From Callorhinchus milii (lineage: Eukaryota), in contig NW_024704761.1 of NCBI RefSeq assembly GCF_018977255.1, forward strand, positions 3,286,001 to 3,350,000: a DNA stretch of 64,000 bases. The letters run 5' to 3'. The translations under genes were made by a program, and so were the position numbers. Below the pieces are notes generated by a model that worked only from the letters and a program-made list of their open reading frames with translations, was not told where the DNA came from and ran no database searches. Below, piece after piece: positions 56,368-64,000 of this stretch. The first letter of the stretch is position 1. Each line of letters begins with the position of its first letter.

Positions 56368-58869
56368 CTTGAAACTTGCAAGTTCTTCATCGCTGAACCC
56401 ATGACTGTGGATGATCTTCATCTGTTTGACCAGAGTGCTCTTCCCACTCTCCGCTGCACCTGGAGAAAGGTCGAGAAGTTCTTTGAAGAGTTTACATACA
56501 AAGGACATCTCCTAGATTCTGCACTGGGCCAATGGCAACACTAGTTGCCATTGCTTTGCGAGCGAGAGACCCGAGTTCAATTCCAGGCAGAGGGCGAAAC
56601 CTTGGGCAAGTTTCCTTACTCCACACAGAGCCTAATAATAATCCCTCCAAAACCAAAAACAATAATAAATTGGTCATTTTCAATCTACGACTGTTTGTGG
56701 GACATTGCTGTGCGCAATTGGCTGCCGCGTTCGCCCACAAATATACAGTCAATTCACTCTACAGTGTGTTCTGTGAAGCGCTTTGGGACGTCCTCCCGAC
56801 GTGAAAAGCGCTATATCAAATGCGAGGATTATTGTTATTATTATTATAGTGGTTGTGTGTTCAAGACTCGAGGAGTTAGTTAGTTCCCTCAGCAAAGGTG
56901 AGGCAACCTCACAGATAACGTTCCTCTGCAGTCACTTTATTTCACAGTAAATTCTGTGAAGTGCTTTGCGATGTCCTTCTGACGTGATAAGGGGCTAATA
57001 CCAAATGAAAAGATTGTTATTATTGGAGACGTTTTTGTGGGATCAGGCACCGTGTCTAACGCAAGGACGGTTATGGCTGGTGCCTTTTTTCTTCCCATTC
57101 ATTTTCAGCTTCCCAGTCACCACGGAGCAGTTGTACAATGACGCCCTTGGATATTCCCAACATAGCACTAACGACCACTTAGCATGGCAGTCAGAAAAGG
57201 GGCAGTGGGGGAGGAAGAGTTCAGTCGAAAATAGTGTACAATATAGCTTTAATTGGTTACAGTAGGACTCTCAAGCCTTCCATTAAAACTTGCCTTCAGA
57301 AGCAACAATCCTCCTCTCTTTTTTTAAAAAAAAACCTCAGCAAGTTTGTCAGATGAAACTTTTTCCTCTTGCACAAAAGGCTTCTTTTATTGGCTGGGCT
57401 GGGGCTGGCCAAACTGGCTCTGGTTTTATTCAATAAAGAGAGCAACTGAGATTTGATCAACGATGTGATGGTAGATTGGGACATCACAATCTAACTCGAA
57501 ATTGGAAAGTAATTGGCTTTTAAAGAGATGAGGTCGATTCTGGTGTGTGTTGTGTGTGTGGTTTTTGGGGGTTTGATGACCAAACTCTATGAGGTCATGT
57601 CACAAACACACTCGCTTGTCACTAGAAGCTTTTGCTTGGTTCTTGTTCCTCCTAATTTAAAAGCCCCACATTTTTTTGGGGGGTGGGTCGGTGCTAACTT
57701 AACCTTAGCCCCCAAAGAACGACTCTGCTGTACCCCAATCTGGTGGGGGGTGAACCCCCACACACGTGTCTATTTATTTACTATACTTACAATACACAAG
57801 TTATTCTCCGCTCGCCTGTGATCCCAGTTACACGCCCCATAAAAGCAACATACAAATCATCCGCAGCGGTGCAACTTAGAACATTAATACATATATTTAT
57901 ATAAAGAAAACATAAGAATACCTTCAGAGCAGGCAGCATCAGGTCAGACTTAAGGTAACTGCATTTACAGGGGGGAGGATTTCTTTTTTTTAAAAAAGGG
58001 AGTAAATTAAATTCTCCTAAAAAATCAAAGCAAAAAAAAAATCCCAACCCATAACATTAACATTAGTCCATTTACAGTAGAAACAAATATAAACCAGTGG
58101 GAAAGTTTAGGGGTAGTTTTGAAGACAGCCCGGGTTTGGACTGTCAGATCACACATTCCACCTTCCCTTTCCCTGGTTTAGCAGCCAGACTGTGTGTGTG
58201 TGTGTGTGAATGAGTGAGTGAGTGAGTGTATGTGTGAATGAGTGAGTGTATGTGTGAATGAGTGAGTGTATGTGTGAATGAGTGTGTGTGTGAGTGAGTG
58301 AGTGTATGTGTGAATGAGTGAATGTATATGTGAATGAGTGTGTGTGTGAATGAGTGAGTGAGTGTATGTGTGAATGAGTGTGAAGGAGTGTGTGTGAATG
58401 AGTGAGTGAGTGAATGAATGTGTGTGAATGAACGAGTGAGTGTGTGAATGAGTGTGTGAATGAATGAGTGGGTGTGTGAATGAGTGTGTNNNNNNNNNNN
58501 NNNNNNNNNNNNNNNNNNNNNNNNNNNNNNNNNNNNNNNNNNNNNNNNNNNNNNNNNNNNNNNNNNNNNNNNNNNNNNNNNNNNNNNNNNNNNNNNNNNN
58601 NNNNNNNNNNNNNNNNNNNNNNNNNNNNNNNNNNNNNNNNNNNNNNNNNNNNNNNNNNNNNNNNNNNNNNNNNNNNNNNNNNNNNNNNNNNNNNNNNNNN
58701 NNNNNNNNNNNNNNNNNNNNNNNNNNNNNNNNNNNNNNNNNNNAAGTAGGATTTTCACTACGTTGAACTCTTGTTTGGCGAACTCGTATAACGCGCGGTC
58801 GATTTTCTCGCTGCGTATCCGCGCCTCGCGCTCCTCAGCGCTCGCATCCGACCCCAAGCAGAGCCCCAT
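56368..58869 (-). pseudogene. GNAV1: Truncated second copy of GNAV1: exon 1 (58869 to the gap at 58744) and exon 2 (56459-56368), no exon 3 onward
   Basis: Same [10 protein letters not shown]... and [15 protein letters not shown]... exons; homology ends at 52997, about 17 nt before the exon 3 position. May be an assembly duplicate rather than a true pseudogene. Confidence 0.6.
56546..56846 (+). mobile_element. SINE insertion present only in copy 2, slightly 5'-truncated, with TAGT target-site duplication
   Basis: Copy 1 empty site is aacactagtggttg at about 40767-40780; copy 2 reads ctagt-[SINE, tail tattattat]-tagtggttg. Confidence 0.9.
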
Positions 58870-61800
58870 ATCCGCAGACCATTGCTCCCCGAGGTGGGAG
58901 GGGGGGAGAGAGAGAGAGAGAGAGAGAGTCGTTGGGGGTAGGGATGGGGGTGAATGATGAGATGGAAGAAAACTTGTACAATCCGACCAGGTCGCCCTCA
59001 CTCCCCGACCAGTGAGCGAACTCCTTTCCCCCAACTTAATGCTGTTAACATCTCCCCCCCACTCCCCCCCCCCACCCCCCCCCACACACACACACACACA
59101 CGTGCGCACACACACACACAGTACTCTACCCTCACACACACACACACACGTACACACCCCCTTACACACACACACACAGTACTCTATCCTCACACACACA
59201 CACGTACACACACCCTTACACACACAGTACTCTATCCTCACACACACACACACACGTACACACCCCCTTACACACACATACAATACTCTACCCTCACACA
59301 CACACACAGTACTCTACCCTCACACACACACACAGTACTCTACCCTCACACACACACACACACAGTACTCTACCCTAATAAACACACTCACATAACACTC
59401 TACTCTTGCACACACACACACACACACACAGAACCCTACCCTTATAAACACACACCCACACAGCACGCCACTCACATACATATACACACACACACACACT
59501 CACACACACAGCTCCACCCCTGTAAACACCAACTCGCCCTAAACTTCTCTTAAAAAGAAAAACTCCAAAAACTTTGAAAGCGCCGTCTACTGCTGGTGAT
59601 GGTTACATTACACCCCCAACACCCCCCACCCCCCCCACACACCCCACCCCCCACACACACACACACCCCCACACACACCCCCCCACACACACACACACCC
59701 CACACACACACACACACACCAACCACCCAAAAACTGGCAACTTTCAGAGGAAATGACGTCGGATTGTTCAATGGACTTAACTCTTTTTTGCTGTGGGAAT
59801 AACTGGAGTTTCAAAGTAAAAAAAAAAGGAGGTTATGGACCGTTTTGCAACTGTTTTGTTGCGTTTCCAACAGAATGCATTCGCTCACCACTCTGCAGCG
59901 ATCAATCACTGGGTTAACTGGATGGACACCTGTATTAAGCGTTATAATGACCAGGCACTGATTTCGACCCCCCACCCCCCCCCCCCATCCCCTCCCCCCC
60001 ACCCCCACTCTTCTCCCCCATTGATTAAATGTCCATGATGTCTCTCTGTCTTCCCTCTCCCACAACCCACCCACCAATGTCAAGGCGCGGACACTAAAGC
60101 GGCTAATTTCTATCGGGATCAGGAATGCAGCATTTCTGCACCAGTACTTCTTTGTGTATTTTTTTCCACGCATAAATATGTGAAATATATATTTACAAAG
60201 GCGGCGTTATTATAATTCGCAACAGCTCCCTGATCCTGGGCATATCTGCCCCGCACCCCCCCCCCTCCCGACTGCTGGTCACTGATGATGGGAGACTAGG
60301 GATGGGGGGGGGGGGGGAAAGGGGATAATTTGGTACGTTTGATCTTAAACCATCTGATGCCCACACTGTTGAACCATTAAATAAATAAGTAATAAATTGG
60401 TCTCTCAATCCACGACTGTTTGTGGGACACTGCTGCGGTCAATTAGTTGCCATGTTTTGCCCACAAAAATACACAATCATTCCATAGACAATATATTCTG
60501 TGAAGCGCTTTGAGACGTCTCAATGTTATGGCTCAACGTGATAAAGCGCTATATCAAATGCAAGGATTATTATTTTCTCGTTTGTTTGCTGACCGGAGTA
60601 TTTAAGATAATGCTATTTGCCTTTGTATTGAAATAAAAGCCCGTGTTACATTTACTCACTTGTGATACTAAGCGGCCAAAACATTTTTTACTGTAAAGGT
60701 ATTTTTTAGATAATTCTTTGGGAGTTTGAAGGTTCTAGAGCACTGAATAGTCCGTGATGTTTGTGTAAAATTACACTTTCACCCTTCACCTAATGCTGTA
60801 CTTATTCCCTCGGAAATAAACAGAAAATACTGGAAATGCACAGCTGATCAAACACTTTCACCTCCGGGTCAGAAGGTTGTTGCTCCACAAAAGGACTTTG
60901 CAACCTGCTGGAATGTGAACTCAGTCCCACAAACATAAAATGAAAACCAATTTTTTCTTAAAATCTCAGACTGTTGGTCCAGATGCCGGGATAAACACCC
61001 CTTCTCTTTTCCAAATTCTGCCATGGGATCTTTAACATCCATCTGACCACGCAAACAGAAACACTTCTTAACATCTCGCCCTGAAGGATGGCGCTTGCTG
61101 TGCATTGAAGTGCAAGTCTAAGACAGGAAGGAAGCTCAAAGTCTCGAGATGGACCTTGAACACATACCCGAGGCAAACGCACAACCAACTGAGCCAGTGG
61201 AAAGATGGTAAGTTATTTGATAAAATATTTTAAATATAGTTAATCCCGTCGGCAAGATTGCACAAAATGGCAGACTCTCTCCGGGACTATTTTGACATGG
61301 GGCTGAGTGCACAAGGAAAATAACCTGACCTAACAGAATGTTCTCACTGAGAAGCAAACATCTGGTTCTGGTTTGCAGTAATTTATGGGTAAAGGCCGAC
61401 TTAGAGGAACACTTCTCAGAACTTCAATGCCATACTTAACCCCACCCAAACCTGTGGTAACCCACAGGCCTTTAAGGCACAACCAAAAGCCATCAAGATA
61501 GATAGCCAAATGCAGCTGCACTGTGAAGCACTATCACTTCAGGGCAGTTAGCATAGGTCATTGCATCTTCACCTTGCACAATGAACCTTGCATTCTCTAT
61601 ATGTACGTGGAATACACAATTATAAATTTAAAGTGTGAATATCATTATTTTGAAGTCATAAAATCATACATATCACACAAGATGCTTTTTTGTTTTAATT
61701 GTTTCACCAGCATACATCGCACAACATACATTTACTTAACATTTGGACAGAAAGTTCAAAAGTTATTTATAGACCAGTTTAGGACATCCATTCATTAAAA

Positions 61801-63157
61801 CGGCACACAAACAGCAAAACGTTTTTTATGAGAATTACAATTTACAAACTGAACAGTTTAAAAGGAGGTCATGGTCGCTGTATCCATTTTTAAAAAGCAA
61901 TGCTACAGCCTATTGTACGCTAAAAGCTAACAGATAAAAACACACCATGCACGCACAGTGCTCTCCAGAACCAGCGAGGAAACAAATAATGGAAGTACAA
62001 GTCATTTCTGAGGTGAAATCAGCAAAGGTCTGTCTCAGAGGCGTTAAAAAGATCGGTTTAATTGTCAAACAACGATAATCACTGCCACTGACATGATAAT
62101 GAATCACCACCAAGAACAATAAGGATGCACAATAAAAAGGTTTTAAGGAATTTTGAAATACAAAAAATTTGCCAAACCTATAATTTTCATTATACGATGC
62201 CCCTCAAAAGTCTTCAGAATTTGCTCCAAGTTTCTTTGCCGCCCTCCCTCCCAACCCCCAGTGTAGTGGAAGAATAGGTTTAACATGCTACCCTGCATAC
62301 ATGCTGGCTTTTATTTTTTTTTAAACATTGATTCAGATTTCACTTGCAAACCGTTTGAGATCACATCAACTGTGCATAATGGTGACAGTAACTCGACACT
62401 GGGACCTTCAATATTGTACACTCCCAGAGAATAAATTCCGAACACACACTGCACCCAGGGATTGTAGTAAAAAAGAGTTTGAAATGAAATGCCTCAACTT
62501 TCCATTCAGCTACATTGTGGAGGAGAGAACAAAATGGAATTTGGCTCATAATTTTATGGGTCTAGAGAACAACAAGGGGTGAGTCAATTGCCTTCCAGAC
62601 CAGGATAAAATAAAATCATGTTTCACTATCTGAGGACCAGTTAAAGTCTAAAATTTAGAAAACACCAACAACGCTTGTATTTTAATTGTTGATCTTAAAA
62701 AAAATCTTTAAATAGAAATAAGCATGATATATATATTTATATTATATATATAAAATCCATTTTCTGCAAAAACATAAGATATTTGAATAGTCTACAGTGT
62801 TAGACTTTCTCCAAGTCAACAGAACAAGAATAAATAGAATTTATAACTAATTTAAATTACACATAGAACGGATTTGTTTTTACAGCGCGGGACTCTATAA
62901 TCACAGTTATTTGGATATTTACAAGTAATTTGGTTTAGTACATGCAAAGTCTTTAGAATGCCCTTCAGTGCACATCATTTTAGCGGTTAGAACTATTAAA
63001 AAGTATTCATATTTTGTCAAGTAAAATGCATTGTAAAGTTAAAATGCCAAAACACGGTAAACCTTAAAAACCGAGTGTTAAAGAAAGTGTTTGTAAAATG
63101 TAGTGTGTTGGTGTAAACAAACATCACAAGTGGATATTTCAGTTTTGTCAGAAAAGT

Positions 63158-63747
63158 CTATTCATTGCTGCCCTCATCAGGGACATCTTCCTTCAGCTGT
63201 TCGTTCCTCTTCCTGACGGCCTGGATAGCCGCCAGCTCCTTCGCTTCCTTCTTCTGATTCCTCGCTTCAAACAGCAGCCTTCAATGACAACAGAAAGGAA
63301 GATTGTTTTTTACAATGGGAACAAAAAAGAACACCGAACAAAAACAAATGTACTGCTGCAGAAATTAATTCTTAATGCATTTCTCAAACACAGGTGACGA
63401 ATGCATTAAGAAAGCAAGTTGAAAAGAGAAGCCTTAAAGCTGCCAACAGGAAAATGCCACTCTGCAAACCAACATTTCTAATAGGTTTCATCAGCGAGCT
63501 ACCAGGTATCTTGATCAACTGAGAAACATTTCAGCTATCGCTTTCATACCACAACCTTCTTCACAAGACATCGCTGGCTTAAAGCCAGTGATATTACAGA
63601 GTGATCCCAATGTATCTGGTGTTGCAACATAGTAGGAAAAGACTCTGCCCTCACTCACCTGTTCTTGATTATTCTTTGAACAATGTGATCTGTAGTGAGC
63701 TCATTGCCACTGTGGATGGTTTTGAAGATGTTGCGTTGCTTGGCTTC
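63158..63747 (-). CDS. PCYT2: Second copy of the last two PCYT2 exons (63747-63659, 63278-63158); gene continues beyond the window
   Basis: Same sequence as 47843-47755 and 47372-47252. Confidence 0.85.
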
Positions 63748-64000
63748 CTGAGGTCAGAAATGAAAGGGTATTACAACAGGGATGGAATTCTAAACCAGAC
63801 TCAGTGGCTCATCAAACTTAAGCACCACGGCAATTTTTGCTGGATTTGTCAGGAAAGCTGCCTTGCAGATGGCTGGAGCTCGCTGTTATCTCAGTTACTT
63901 GGAGAAGAGCACTGTGCATGAGCAATTCTTCAGATGGCGCCAAGTTTTAACATACAACAGACAATGCTGCTGAAGTAGGTGTGTAGTATAAACGATGCAG

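Larger units (their letters stand above)
52997..64000. repeat. Large duplicated segment, copy 2, probably an uncollapsed haplotype or a recent tandem duplication
   Basis: Near-identical to 37221-48096; starts about 70 bp after the N-gap at 52896-52925. Confidence 0.93.

Noticed and set aside
58144-59553. Long ORFs of 387, 199 and 157 aa
   Set aside because: They read through microsatellites and N-gaps; only the GNAV1 exon 1 part is real coding sequence.

Overview
Vertebrate genomic DNA, gene-dense and SINE-rich. It is probably a cartilaginous fish such as a chimaera, inferred from the Deu-type SINEs, L2/CR1 fragments and a Gv gene; this is not verified. Gene order is ARL16(+), SLC26A11(-), SGSH(+), NPB(+), GNAV1/G-alpha-v(-), then the 3' half of PCYT2(-). 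After an N-gap, a near-identical second copy of 37221-48096 runs from 52997 to 64000 and carries GNAV1 exons 1-2 and the last PCYT2 exons. All exon boundaries were built by hand from splice signals and reading frame. Main observations: (1) an intact 9-exon Gv gene lies between NPB and PCYT2, which are direct neighbours in human. (2) Five of 41 coding introns are non-standard: one AT-AC U12, one GT-AG U12 and three GC-AG. (3) SLC26A11 has a duplicated, still-open alternative last exon. (4) The NPB core promoter/5'UTR has an exact 137-bp upstream copy that stops one base before the ATG. (5) A bidirectional promoter with CLEAR elements links SGSH and SLC26A11. (6) A SINE insertion is present in only one of the two duplicated copies.
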